64,000 nucleotides of DNA. Origin: a virus. Taxonomy: Duplodnaviria > Caudoviricetes. The notes under the pieces were generated by a model. That model made no database searches. It worked only from the letters and a program-made list of their open reading frames with translations, and was not told the origin of the DNA. A program made the translations under genes and the position numbers. Within the stretch, counting starts at the first letter, position 1. Each line of letters opens with the position of its first letter. The stretch lies in IMG/VR virus record IMGVR_UViG_3300025383_000009. One strand, given 5' to 3'. This document shows, one piece after another, positions 19,953-29,704 of this stretch.

Positions 19953-20434
19953 TGATTAAGTTTCATGATTTCGTTGTTGAGGAATTAAATTTTCCTGTAA
20001 TAACTCTTGATAAAGAGAAAGTAGACCTTGATAAGGAATCTACTCGCAACGAAATCAATAGAAACCTATCATCTGAATTAGTTACTAATTTTATTAATCC
20101 TTATGCTGGCTGGTTAAAAGTTGGAAAAGTATTAACACTCTATAACATTACATTACCTAAGGTAATATTTAAAAATGATATAGAAGGCGAAGAAGTTGTT
20201 GCTATAACACAATTTGGTGCAGACCTTTCGGGTAAGGAATCTGCACCACAATTGCCTTATGAAGAAGAATATTATTTGTATTATAGTTATGAAGTTGTTG
20301 AATCTGGTTTATATGAAGCTTATGCTGTTATTGTAAACGGTGATGAATTAGAAAATATGCTTGAAGCTGATGACGAAGATGATGATGACATTGACGTTTT
20401 AGGACCTAAAAGCGAATTAGATTATAGAAAATAG
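19952..20434 (+). CDS. Acidic hypothetical protein with capsid-targeting-like N-terminus
   Basis: MIKFHDFVVEE start. Confidence 0.55.
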   Translation: MIKFHDFVVEELNFPVITLDKEKVDLDKESTRNEINRNLSSELVTNFINPYAGWLKVGKVLTLYNITLPKVIFKNDIEGEEVVAITQFGADLSGKESAPQLPYEEEYYLYYSYEVVESGLYEAYAVIVNGDELENMLEADDEDDDDIDVLGPKSELDYRK

Positions 20435-20446
20435 TTAAATTATATT

Positions 20447-20833
20447 ATGATTGATAATTTGACAGAAGAAAACTTTTTGATATATGCTATGAAGTGCTAT
20501 AATGCACCTAATTACATTATGTCAGAATTTGAAGGAGATATTAAGAGAACAAAATATCTTAAACGATTATTTCGTAGATATAAAACCAATAAATCTCTTA
20601 AAGAACGATTAATTCTAAATCATATTATTTTGTTGAATAATGTTTTTGGTCCAAAAGTGACCGCAAGAATATTATTCTACAAGATAGATGAACGAGATTA
20701 TGATATATTGAAAACATTTTTATTGTATGTAAATATATTACCAGACTTAATAGAAGGTATTAATGGCAAATCAATTAATACATCTGAAATACCTGTAGAC
20801 ATGACTGTTGCTGAAAAATTAAGGAATCTATGA
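20447..20833 (+). CDS. Conserved T4-like phage hypothetical protein
   Basis: EF..D.KR.KYLKRLF...LKERLILNHII.L.NVFG pattern recalled from T4-like phages. Confidence 0.65.
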   Translation: MIDNLTEENFLIYAMKCYNAPNYIMSEFEGDIKRTKYLKRLFRRYKTNKSLKERLILNHIILLNNVFGPKVTARILFYKIDERDYDILKTFLLYVNILPDLIEGINGKSINTSEIPVDMTVAEKLRNL

Positions 20834-21021
20834 AATCATTTAAAGAATATATCAAAGAAATGGGTGCAGGTGCTGTAGGTAGTGCTGGTCCAACTAATGT
20901 AGTTGGCGGTGGTGCAATTGCAGGTACAGGCGGTAAAGGCGGAGAACCTGGCGTTGATTTAAGAAAAAGGAAAAGAAATACACATAATCCAGTTATGATG
21001 GGTATTGGTAGAAGGAAATAA
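20830..21021 (+). CDS. Small Gly-rich/basic peptide with capsid-targeting-like N-terminus
   Basis: MKSFKEYIKE, then Gly-rich segment and RKRKR. Confidence 0.65.
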   Translation: MKSFKEYIKEMGAGAVGSAGPTNVVGGGAIAGTGGKGGEPGVDLRKRKRNTHNPVMMGIGRRK

Positions 21022-21023
21022 TT

Positions 21024-21605
21024 ATGTTCTTTCCTGAGTTTCTATCATATAATTGGATATTAGGTTACATACCTACTTGGGTTCCTATAGCAATTATTTG
21101 TTTTGGTGTCTTTCTAGCTATTCTAGAAATGACTTTTGAAATGTTGCAACTTATTCCTTACGGTTATAGGTTGCCTTTAAGAATAATCACTATTGTGATT
21201 CTTGCTCACGGTATCTATATAAAAGGACGCCAAGATGCAATTGTTCATGCTGAAGAAGAATTGAAGAAAACTGTAGCTGAACAAAAAGATGTAACTAATA
21301 AGGTACAACAAGATTTTACTAGACAACTTAATGATGTGAGAGCTAAAAATGAAGCACTTAAAAAAACTATTAATACCAAAGACGATACTATGTGTGATTT
21401 GCCTAAGTCTTTTGTCGAGTTGCACGACAGCGCTGCTAAAGGCACCGTTCCCGACACCTCCAAAAGAATTGATGGTACCTCCTCCGGAGTTGCACTCTCT
21501 ACAGCAGAACAAACAGTAGTAGAAAATTATAGTTTATATAATCAAATAGCAGAACAATTAAAAGCTTTACAATATTGGGTAGATGAACAAAGGAAATTAC
21601 ACTAA
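21024..21605 (+). CDS. Rz/spanin-like membrane protein
   Basis: N-terminal transmembrane segments, coiled coil, FVELHDSAA motif; adjacent to endolysin. Confidence 0.55.
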   Translation: MFFPEFLSYNWILGYIPTWVPIAIICFGVFLAILEMTFEMLQLIPYGYRLPLRIITIVILAHGIYIKGRQDAIVHAEEELKKTVAEQKDVTNKVQQDFTRQLNDVRAKNEALKKTINTKDDTMCDLPKSFVELHDSAAKGTVPDTSKRIDGTSSGVALSTAEQTVVENYSLYNQIAEQLKALQYWVDEQRKLH

Positions 21606-22213
21606 TGACACTTGAGCAATTAAAAAAAATACTAGTGGGAAATACTTCAGTTGATGGATGGTTTGAATCACTCAACAAATTTTTACCACAATACGGAATT
21701 AATACAAATAAAAGAATTGCAGCCTTTATTGGTGAATGTTCAGTTGAATCTGCTAATTTTACAAGAATTAAAGAGAATTTAAATTACAAAGCAGAATCAT
21801 TAGTTAAAGTGTGGCCTTCACATTTTGCTACATTAGATATTGCTAAACAATACGAACACAATCAAGAAAAGATTGCTAATCGTGCTTACGCTGGTCGTAT
21901 GGGTAATGGTGACGAATCTAGTGGTGATGGTTGGAAATTTGCAGGTAAAGGTTTAATTCAAATTACAGGCAAAGTTAATTATGAAAAATTTGCTGAATCA
22001 ATAGGTAAAGATATTGAAGAATTACCAGAATACTTATTGACATTTGATGGTGCTACAGAATCGGCTTGCTGGTTTTGGAAGACACACAATTTAAATGCTT
22101 TAGCTGATACCGGTGACATTGATAAAATATCAAAAGTTATCAATGGTGGTACTTTAGGATTAGAAGAAAGACGAACAAACTATCAACATGCTTTGAATAT
22201 ATTAGGAGGTTAA
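21605..22213 (+). CDS. GH19 (chitinase-like) endolysin
   Basis: AAFIGECSVES, ENLNY, GDGWKFAGKGLIQITGKVNY, INGG..GLEER. Confidence 0.9.
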   Translation: MTLEQLKKILVGNTSVDGWFESLNKFLPQYGINTNKRIAAFIGECSVESANFTRIKENLNYKAESLVKVWPSHFATLDIAKQYEHNQEKIANRAYAGRMGNGDESSGDGWKFAGKGLIQITGKVNYEKFAESIGKDIEELPEYLLTFDGATESACWFWKTHNLNALADTGDIDKISKVINGGTLGLEERRTNYQHALNILGG

Positions 22214-22214
22214 T

Positions 22215-22493
22215 ATGGCAATGCCAGATTTTATTACACATTTGGTTACAGGTAAAGACAATAAGACACACGATATTGCTCGTTGGTCTTGGTTATTAAC
22301 AACATTGGTTGTTATTGTTGGTGCAGGTTATAACGCTTACACATCAAATCTATTTGGTCTAAAAGATTTTGCACAAGCAATCGGTATGTTAGCTGGTGCT
22401 CATGGTGCAGCTGTATGGGCGAAAAAAGATACTGAACCAGAAGCACCAGAACCTGATGCAGTACCAGATGCAGAACCTGATCCAGAAAAATAA
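22215..22493 (+). CDS. Putative holin
   Basis: Two hydrophobic helices and charged C-terminus; directly after endolysin. Confidence 0.5.
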   Translation: MAMPDFITHLVTGKDNKTHDIARWSWLLTTLVVIVGAGYNAYTSNLFGLKDFAQAIGMLAGAHGAAVWAKKDTEPEAPEPDAVPDAEPDPEK

Positions 22494-22912
22494 TGGATAA
22501 CAACGATTTACTTGGTACTAAAATAGATGTAGGTGTGCTGAAAGAACAAGTAAGCACACTTACTCAACTTTGTTCCAAGATGGATACCGTGATTTCGAGA
22601 TTAAACGAACAACACGACAGACATATCGCAAAGGTTTATACCGACATGGAACATAGAAGATTAGAAACAGAAGCCGATGTAAAAGAAATTCATGATAGAA
22701 TTGATACTGTTCTTGATAAGGTACAAAATACAGAATTAAGAATCATGGAAGAAATTAAAGGGCTTCGTAAATGTATTCAAGACCATCAATCTAAAGAAAA
22801 AGAACAATTAGACAAACTTCTACAATGGAAATGGATGATTGTTGGTGGTATCATTGTAGTATCATGGTTATTATCTCACGGATTAGAAATTCTATCACAA
22901 ATTTCAAAATAA
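22493..22912 (+). CDS. Coiled-coil protein with C-terminal transmembrane helix
   Basis: Heptad-rich body; KWMIVGGIIVVSWLL. Confidence 0.6.
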   Translation: MDNNDLLGTKIDVGVLKEQVSTLTQLCSKMDTVISRLNEQHDRHIAKVYTDMEHRRLETEADVKEIHDRIDTVLDKVQNTELRIMEEIKGLRKCIQDHQSKEKEQLDKLLQWKWMIVGGIIVVSWLLSHGLEILSQISK

Positions 22913-22913
22913 C

Positions 22914-22942
22914 TTGACATCCAAGTAGTTTTATAGTATTAT
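22914..22942 (+). promoter_or_regulatory. sigma70-type promoter TTGACA-17-TATTAT
   Basis: Immediately upstream of primase. Confidence 0.6.
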
Positions 22943-22951
22943 CCTTACATT

Positions 22952-23965
22952 ATGAGTATTTTTATTGACAGACAATTCCTGCTTCGTGCATCGCCAAAAT
23001 TAATAAGGTTTACCAAAAAGAAGGACGACCTTTATAATTTCAGATGTCCTCTATGTGGCGATTCTACAAAAAACAAAACTAAATCTCGTGGCTATGTGTT
23101 TAGAAAGAAGAATGATTATTTCTATATGTGCCATAATTGTGGTGTTAGTACCACATTCTACAATTTTCTAAAGCAAGTTGATCCATCTCTTGTTGCTGAA
23201 TACACAATGGAAAGATATAAAAATGGAGAAACAGGCAACAACAATTATCCAAAACCACAATTTGAAGAATTCAAAACGGCAACACCAACATTTAAAAAAT
23301 CAATCAATTTACCATCCATCGATTCATTACCAGATGAACATTTTGCCAAAAAATATGTTATTGGCAGACAAATACCAAAACACTTTCACACACAACTATA
23401 TTATGCGGAAGACTTTAAATCATTTGTAAAAGATTTGGGTTTAGAAAAAGATTTAATTGATAATGATAAACGATTGGTCATTCCATTTTATGATAAAGAT
23501 AAAAATCTAATTGCTTTCCAAGGAAGAGCATTAGGTGAATCTAAATTAAGATATATTACTTGTAAACTTCAAGATAATAATAAAAAGGTGTATGGTCTTG
23601 ATAGAGTAATTAATGATTTACTACCAATCTATGTTGTAGAAGGTCCAATTGATTCATTGTTTATAGACAACTGTGTAGCAACTGCGGATTCTAATCTGGA
23701 ATCAATTTTGGACACATTTGACAAGAGTAAAGTCGTATTGATATATGATAATGAACCAAGAAATAAAGAAATTGTAAAGAAGATGGAGAAATCAATTGAC
23801 GAGCATTTCAATGTCGTTATTTGGCCAAAATATATAACAGAAAAAGATGTTAATGATATTATCAAATCTGGATTTACACAAGATGAATTGCTAGATATTA
23901 TTAAAGACAATACTTTCCAAAACCTACGAGCAAAAATGGAGTTTGTAAATTGGAAAAAGAACTAG
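22952..23965 (+). CDS. gp61: T4 gp61-like DNA primase
   Basis: Zn ribbon CPLCGD...CHNC; TOPRIM VVEGPIDS, YDNEPRN, KDVND. Confidence 0.95.
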   Translation: MSIFIDRQFLLRASPKLIRFTKKKDDLYNFRCPLCGDSTKNKTKSRGYVFRKKNDYFYMCHNCGVSTTFYNFLKQVDPSLVAEYTMERYKNGETGNNNYPKPQFEEFKTATPTFKKSINLPSIDSLPDEHFAKKYVIGRQIPKHFHTQLYYAEDFKSFVKDLGLEKDLIDNDKRLVIPFYDKDKNLIAFQGRALGESKLRYITCKLQDNNKKVYGLDRVINDLLPIYVVEGPIDSLFIDNCVATADSNLESILDTFDKSKVVLIYDNEPRNKEIVKKMEKSIDEHFNVVIWPKYITEKDVNDIIKSGFTQDELLDIIKDNTFQNLRAKMEFVNWKKN

Positions 23966-24435
23966 CTAATTGGATAAAAAGAATCTCCGAGAAAAGAGAT
24001 GAACTTGGTGGATTTCAAATATGTCCATTTGCTAAAAAAGCATTTCAAGATAAAAAAGTTTTTGTAACCGAGTTTAATGAAGAACCGGAATCATATATAC
24101 TCTCATACATAAAAACTTTTAATTCTATTTATGATTTTGAGCTAATTATTTTTGTTAATACGATTAATAAATTCACGAATGATGAGCTATTAGATTTAAT
24201 AAGTAAGCTACAGGCAAAAAGAGATGACTTAATCTTTTTAAAAGACCATCCAGCAGATCCTGGTTTTATTAATGGAGTAAACACAGGTAATGGTCATTAT
24301 CCAATAATACTTGCCCAATCAAGAGATAAATTATTAAGTGCTCGTGAGAGTTTAAAGAAAACAAAATATTACGATTACTGGTCAGAAGAATACAAAAACG
24401 AAATTTGGAAATACGGAGAAAAGGCGAATACATGA
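23950..24435 (+). CDS. Conserved phage hypothetical protein
   Basis: 161-aa ORF with CPFA and DHP motifs. Confidence 0.55.
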   Translation: MEKELANWIKRISEKRDELGGFQICPFAKKAFQDKKVFVTEFNEEPESYILSYIKTFNSIYDFELIIFVNTINKFTNDELLDLISKLQAKRDDLIFLKDHPADPGFINGVNTGNGHYPIILAQSRDKLLSARESLKKTKYYDYWSEEYKNEIWKYGEKANT

Positions 24436-26222
24436 ACTATCTAGGAATTGAAATTGATTTACAACGAGATAAATTATTTGATGAGTTGGGAATAAAAAGA
24501 TTAAAAGAATCATACATGAGAGAAGATGAAGAATCTCCACAACACAGATTCGCATTTGTATCTAAATCATTTGCATCAAATCCAGAACACGCACAAAGAT
24601 TATATGATTATGCTTCAAAGCATTGGTTATCATATGCTACTCCTATTTTATCTTTTGGTCGTTCTAAAAAAGGAATGCCAATTTCATGTTTCTTAAATTA
24701 TATTGAAGATACATCACAAGGTCTAGTAGATAATCTATCTGAAACAAATTGGTTATCAATGTATGGTGGCGGTGTTGGTATCGGTTTTGGTATTCGCTCT
24801 GCTGATGATAAATCAACTGGTGTTATGCCTCATCTTAAAATCTATGATGCGTCCTCACTAGCCTATCGTCAAGGAAGAACACGAAGAGGTTCTTATGCTG
24901 CCTATCTAAACATATCTCATCCTGATATCATTCCGTTCTTGGAGATGAGAAAACCTACAGGTGATCCAAACGTAAGATGTTTGAATCTTCACCATGGAAT
25001 AAATATTACCAATGACTTCATGACTCTTGTTGAAAAGTCAATGTTAGACCCTAATGTAGATGATTCTTGGGAATTAAAAGATCCACATTCAGGTGAAGTC
25101 AGAGAAGTAGTTTCAGCAAAGATGCTGTGGCAAATGATTATTGAATTACGGATGCACACAGGTGAACCATACATTCACTATATTGACACCAGTAATGAAC
25201 ATTTACCTCAATGGTTAAAAGATAAAGGATTAAAAGTCCACCAATCAAATCTTTGCTCTGAAATCATATTACCAACAAATGAACAACGAACAGCTGTATG
25301 TTGTTTATCATCACTTAATTTGGAGACCTATGATGAGTGGAATAAAGATGCCAATTTCTTGCATGACGTTGCTGAAATGTTGGATAATGTTCTTACATAT
25401 TTTATTGATAACGCTCCTGACACTATTAGTCGTGCTAGATACTCCGCTCAGCGAGAGAGAAGTATTGGTATTGGTGCTCTTGGATGGCATGCTTATTTAC
25501 AGCGCAATGGTATTGCTTTTGAGGGCGTTATGGCGAAAGTTGCTAACAATAGGATCTTCAAACATATCAGAGAAGGATTAGATAATGCAAATAAAAAATT
25601 GGGTAAAGAACGTGGAGAAGCACCTGACGCCGAAGGTACGGGTAACCGCTTTAGTCATCTTATGGCTATTGCTCCTAACGCTAGTAGTTCAATCATTATG
25701 GGTAACACTAGCCCTAGTATTGAGCCTTATCGTGCTAATGCATATAGACAAGATACTTTAAGCGGTTCATTCTTAAATAAGAACCGTTGGTTAGATGAAT
25801 TACTCATCAGAGTATCAAAAGATAAACCAGAAAATTGGTATGATGACACATGGTCATCTATTATTGCTAATGATGGTTCAGTCCAACATTTAGAATGGAT
25901 GTCGGAGAATGATAAAGCAGTATTCAAGACAGCAATGGAAATTGACCAACGCTGGGTTATTGAATTAGCTGCTGATAGACAACAATATATTGACCAAGCT
26001 CAATCACTAAACTTATTCTTTAGACCTGATGCTAACATTAAATATGTTCATGCTATACATTTCATGGCATGGAAAAAAGGATTAAAGACTTTATACTATT
26101 GCCGTTCAGAAAAGATTGGTAAAGCAGATAAAGTATCTAAACGAATTGAAAGACAAGTTATTAAAGAAATTGATATGACGCAAATCGCTCAAGGAAATGA
26201 TTGTATAGCTTGTGAAGGTTAA
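24432..26222 (+). CDS. nrdA: Ribonucleotide reductase class Ia alpha subunit (short, no ATP cone)
   Basis: ISCF, QSNLCSEI, APNASSS, KTLYY and C-terminal CIAC; start at ATG 24432. Confidence 0.95.
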   Translation: MNYLGIEIDLQRDKLFDELGIKRLKESYMREDEESPQHRFAFVSKSFASNPEHAQRLYDYASKHWLSYATPILSFGRSKKGMPISCFLNYIEDTSQGLVDNLSETNWLSMYGGGVGIGFGIRSADDKSTGVMPHLKIYDASSLAYRQGRTRRGSYAAYLNISHPDIIPFLEMRKPTGDPNVRCLNLHHGINITNDFMTLVEKSMLDPNVDDSWELKDPHSGEVREVVSAKMLWQMIIELRMHTGEPYIHYIDTSNEHLPQWLKDKGLKVHQSNLCSEIILPTNEQRTAVCCLSSLNLETYDEWNKDANFLHDVAEMLDNVLTYFIDNAPDTISRARYSAQRERSIGIGALGWHAYLQRNGIAFEGVMAKVANNRIFKHIREGLDNANKKLGKERGEAPDAEGTGNRFSHLMAIAPNASSSIIMGNTSPSIEPYRANAYRQDTLSGSFLNKNRWLDELLIRVSKDKPENWYDDTWSSIIANDGSVQHLEWMSENDKAVFKTAMEIDQRWVIELAADRQQYIDQAQSLNLFFRPDANIKYVHAIHFMAWKKGLKTLYYCRSEKIGKADKVSKRIERQVIKEIDMTQIAQGNDCIACEG

Positions 26223-26311
26223 TGAATAACAAATATGTATGGTGGATTATGAGAGCAGTTGAGATGATAACCTGTATTCATATTATTGTGAATATATGGT
26301 GGCACTGGTAA
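26222..26311 (+). CDS. Small hydrophobic peptide (29 aa)
   Basis: MNNKYVWWIMRAVEMITCIHIIVNIWWHW; coupled to both neighbours by TAATG. Confidence 0.45.
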   Translation: MNNKYVWWIMRAVEMITCIHIIVNIWWHW

Positions 26312-26541
26312 TGAAAAAATTTGATATTAAATGGATAGCATTAACAATATTCATCATAGCAGGAACATCAGTAGCATTAAAAATGCCATGGTTGAAATGG
26401 TCTTTTCCTGGTTTTGTTATTGCTCATGGAATATTAGTGTATGACTTTGCAAGAACACACAAGAATCTTCCTTTATTATTACAGAATTCTTATTTCTTTA
26501 TAGTAAACATAATAGCAACATATATTTGGTTTTTTAAATGA
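26311..26541 (+). CDS. Small membrane protein
   Basis: Three hydrophobic segments. Confidence 0.55.
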   Translation: MKKFDIKWIALTIFIIAGTSVALKMPWLKWSFPGFVIAHGILVYDFARTHKNLPLLLQNSYFFIVNIIATYIWFFK

Positions 26542-27290
26542 AAAAAAAACATTACAAAAGCATATTCATTTCTGATATACATTTAGGTACAAAAGATTGT
26601 AAAGCCGAATATGTTAATAACTTCCTAAAACACCACACATGCGATAACCTATATCTTATAGGTGATATTATTGATGCATGGAAGATACAACAGAATAAAT
26701 GGAGATGGAAACAAAGCCATTCTAATGTTGTTCGTAGAATATTAGGTCATGCTAAAAGAGGAACAAAGGTTACATACATAACAGGAAATCATGATGAGTT
26801 TTTACGACCAATGATTCCATACGGTCTAAACTTTGGTGTAATTGATATAGTAAATCAAGCAGAACACATTGGTATTGACGGTAAACACTATTTGGTTATA
26901 CATGGTGATATGTTTGATGGTATTACAAGACTAGCACCTTGGATTTGTTTTCTTGGTGATAAAGCCTATGATTTTGTATTAGACCTTAATAATAAATTCA
27001 ATTGGTTTAGACATAAATTAGGATTTGGTTATTGGTCTTTGAGTCAGTATTTAAAACATAAAGTTAAGAAATCAATGGACTTTATGTTTCATTTTGAAGA
27101 TAACTTAGCACAGTATTGCAAGAAAAGAGGATTTGATGGCGTTATTTGTGGTCATATTCATAAACCAGAAATTAAAAGAGTTAATGATATGGTATACATG
27201 AACGATGGTGATTGGGTCGAGAGCTGTTCAGCACTTGTTGAACATTTAGATGGTAAATGGGAAATAGTTTTTTGGCAAAAGGAAATTTAA
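26538..27290 (+). CDS. LpxH/PlcP-like calcineurin-type metallophosphoesterase
   Basis: SDIHLG, GDIID, GNHD, HGD, GHIH and NDGDWVES motifs. Confidence 0.85.
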   Translation: MKKKHYKSIFISDIHLGTKDCKAEYVNNFLKHHTCDNLYLIGDIIDAWKIQQNKWRWKQSHSNVVRRILGHAKRGTKVTYITGNHDEFLRPMIPYGLNFGVIDIVNQAEHIGIDGKHYLVIHGDMFDGITRLAPWICFLGDKAYDFVLDLNNKFNWFRHKLGFGYWSLSQYLKHKVKKSMDFMFHFEDNLAQYCKKRGFDGVICGHIHKPEIKRVNDMVYMNDGDWVESCSALVEHLDGKWEIVFWQKEI

Positions 27291-28273
27291 TGGATAGCAA
27301 AGTAAAAGATTTAGCATCAAATAGAACATATTTTAAGCCTTTCAATTATCCATGGGCTTATGACGCATGGTTAAAGCACGAACAATCACATTGGTTACAT
27401 ACAGAAGTACCAATGATGGAAGACGTGAAAGACTGGAAAAAGAAATTAACAAACGAAGAAAAACAATTCTTAACACATATTTTTAGATTCTTTACACAAG
27501 GTGACATTGATGTTGCAGGTGGCTATGTTAAGAATTATTTGCCATACTTTCCACAACCAGAAGTTAGAATGATGTTGATGGGCTTTGCAGCTCGTGAAGC
27601 ACTTCATGTTGCAGCTTACTCACATCTGATTGAAACTTTAGGTTTACCTGAAACAACATACAATGAATTTTTAGAATATGCTGAAATGAAAGAGAAACAT
27701 GATTATGTTTTAGATATATCAGCACAGAATACCACAAAAGAAAATACCGCAACACATATTGCTGTGTTTTCAGCATTTACAGAAGGTATGCAATTGTTTT
27801 CATCATTCATTATGCTATTGAACTTTCCACGTCATGGTAAAATGAAAGGCATGGGCCAAATTGTTACATGGTCTATTGTAGATGAAACACAACATTGTGA
27901 ATCCATGATTAAATTATTCAGAACATATATAGAAGAAAATCGTGAAATATGGACAGACGATTTAAAGAGCAGAATTTACACCATTGCTGAAAGAATGGTT
28001 GAACTTGAAGATAAGTTTATTGACCTAGCATTTGATATGGGTCAAATGGAAGAATTAACATCAGAAGATGTTAAGAAGTATATTCGTTATATAGCAGACC
28101 GCCGATTAATCTCATTAGGTTTAAAAGGTGTGTTTAAAGTGAAAAGGAATCCTTTACCATGGGTAGAGGAGATGATTAACGCACCAACGCACACCAACTT
28201 CTTTGAGAACAGAGCAACAGATTACGCAAAAGGCGCATTGTCTGGTGATTGGAGTGATGTTTGGGCTCATTAA
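27290..28273 (+). CDS. nrdB: Ribonucleotide reductase class Ia beta subunit
   Basis: FFTQGD, REALHVAAY, EGMQLF, DETQH and NFFENR. Confidence 0.95.
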   Translation: MDSKVKDLASNRTYFKPFNYPWAYDAWLKHEQSHWLHTEVPMMEDVKDWKKKLTNEEKQFLTHIFRFFTQGDIDVAGGYVKNYLPYFPQPEVRMMLMGFAAREALHVAAYSHLIETLGLPETTYNEFLEYAEMKEKHDYVLDISAQNTTKENTATHIAVFSAFTEGMQLFSSFIMLLNFPRHGKMKGMGQIVTWSIVDETQHCESMIKLFRTYIEENREIWTDDLKSRIYTIAERMVELEDKFIDLAFDMGQMEELTSEDVKKYIRYIADRRLISLGLKGVFKVKRNPLPWVEEMINAPTHTNFFENRATDYAKGALSGDWSDVWAH

Positions 28274-28282
28274 GGAACTCAA

Positions 28283-28471
28283 ATGACAAACAAAACTTTA
28301 GTAGGCGAATGCCTTAACTGTGATTCATCTTACGGCATTCAATTCGTAAATGAATTAGTATCAAAAGAACTACCAGAATATTGTCCATTCTGTGGTGAAG
28401 TAATCGAAGATATTCAAGAAGAATATATAGATGAAGAAACTACAGAAGATGATGACGGACAATGGGACTAA
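28283..28471 (+). CDS. Small Zn-ribbon protein
   Basis: CLNC...CPFCG and acidic tail. Confidence 0.7.
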   Translation: MTNKTLVGECLNCDSSYGIQFVNELVSKELPEYCPFCGEVIEDIQEEYIDEETTEDDDGQWD

Positions 28472-28902
28472 ATTGGCAATATAAAGGTAAAGACTTTACA
28501 GAAGAGCAGATAGAAGATAATTACGGATTTGTATATCTTATAACAAATATAACAAACAATAAGAAATACATTGGTAAAAAATTCTTCTATTCTGCTAAAA
28601 CAAAACAAGTAAAAGGCAAAAAGAAAAAGTATAAAGCTTTTTCCGATTGGCAAACTTACTATGGAAGTAGTGACATATTGAAGCAAGATGTGTTACAATT
28701 AGGTCTTGAAAATTTTAGTAGAGAGATTATTCACCTATGTAAATCAAAAGGTGAATGTAGTTATCTGGAAACTAAAGAACAATTTATTCGTGATGTAATA
28801 TTAAGTGATGATTACTATAATACATGGATAATGTGTCGAGTTAGAAAATCACATATAAAGGATTACATTGAGCGATATACCAGAAACATTGAGAGAATTT
28901 AA
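28462..28902 (+). CDS. GIY-YIG-like nuclease
   Basis: GFVYLITN...KYIGKK, YYGSS and YYN motifs. Confidence 0.75.
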   Translation: MGLNWQYKGKDFTEEQIEDNYGFVYLITNITNNKKYIGKKFFYSAKTKQVKGKKKKYKAFSDWQTYYGSSDILKQDVLQLGLENFSREIIHLCKSKGECSYLETKEQFIRDVILSDDYYNTWIMCRVRKSHIKDYIERYTRNIERI

Positions 28903-29239
28903 AAAAGGCGACCATGATGCCTTTTATTTTGTAGCATCACCTAAAGAAAAGGATGGTAGCTCAACTATTCATTTTGAAGGATTCATGTATAATAATCCAG
29001 GTGTGTATGAAACCTATGAATTAGGTCAAATGTATCAAATTATATTGTATAGAGAGGATAAAGAAGGCCTCACTAAAGATTTAGATTTATTTGAAGGCAT
29101 ACTATTAGACCCATACTATTATGTTTCAAAATTATTATCAGGTGGTTGGTATGGTGTAGTAGCAAAGAAATCAACTACATCACACGAATTTGTTGATGAA
29201 GCGTATGCAGCACTTAAAAAAACAGAGTTACCAGAATGA
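28868..29239 (+). CDS. Hypothetical protein
   Basis: 123-aa ORF in operon; TTG start uncertain. Confidence 0.5.
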   Translation: MSDIPETLREFKKGDHDAFYFVASPKEKDGSSTIHFEGFMYNNPGVYETYELGQMYQIILYREDKEGLTKDLDLFEGILLDPYYYVSKLLSGGWYGVVAKKSTTSHEFVDEAYAALKKTELPE

Positions 29240-29658
29240 CAGAAGAAATTAAAGAAGAATATTCAGGTCCAACGATACAAGAAAGGACTGCCAACAAGAC
29301 CCACGAACTATTGGGTGAAGTTGAAGGTCTATTTGATAATTATATCAAAGATTGGGCTGATATAAAGAATTATTCTTTCCTATACAACATAGGCGTTAAA
29401 CCTATGCACGCTAAAGCTATTGTATATCATGCTCAAGAACAAATTAAAGCATGGAACGAAGCATTGGTATCAGAAGACGAACAAATTAAAGAAGCGTATA
29501 GTTGTTATACCAAAACACAGATGCGTAAGTGTATAACATGGTGGGAAAAGATTATTGAAGATTGTAACCGCATAATTGAAGATGGCAAATTTTTAAGAAA
29601 AGATAAGAAGTTTAGAAAGAAACTTACCGGTAAAGCTAAAATCAGGTTGACAAAGTAA
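29236..29658 (+). CDS. Conserved phage hypothetical protein
   Basis: 140-aa ORF; QIKEAYS motif. Confidence 0.55.
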   Translation: MTEEIKEEYSGPTIQERTANKTHELLGEVEGLFDNYIKDWADIKNYSFLYNIGVKPMHAKAIVYHAQEQIKAWNEALVSEDEQIKEAYSCYTKTQMRKCITWWEKIIEDCNRIIEDGKFLRKDKKFRKKLTGKAKIRLTK

Positions 29659-29675
29659 TAAAAGTATAGTATCCT
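29647..29675 (+). promoter_or_regulatory. sigma70-type promoter TTGACA-17-TATCCT
   Basis: Upstream of rnh. Confidence 0.55.
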
Positions 29676-29704
29676 TGCTATATTGAATCTTATAGGATTA
29701 TATT

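Noticed and set aside
24432-28902. Intron or intein in nrdA/nrdB linked to the GIY-YIG gene
   Set aside because: Both reading frames are continuous and of normal length; the GIY-YIG ORF is free-standing
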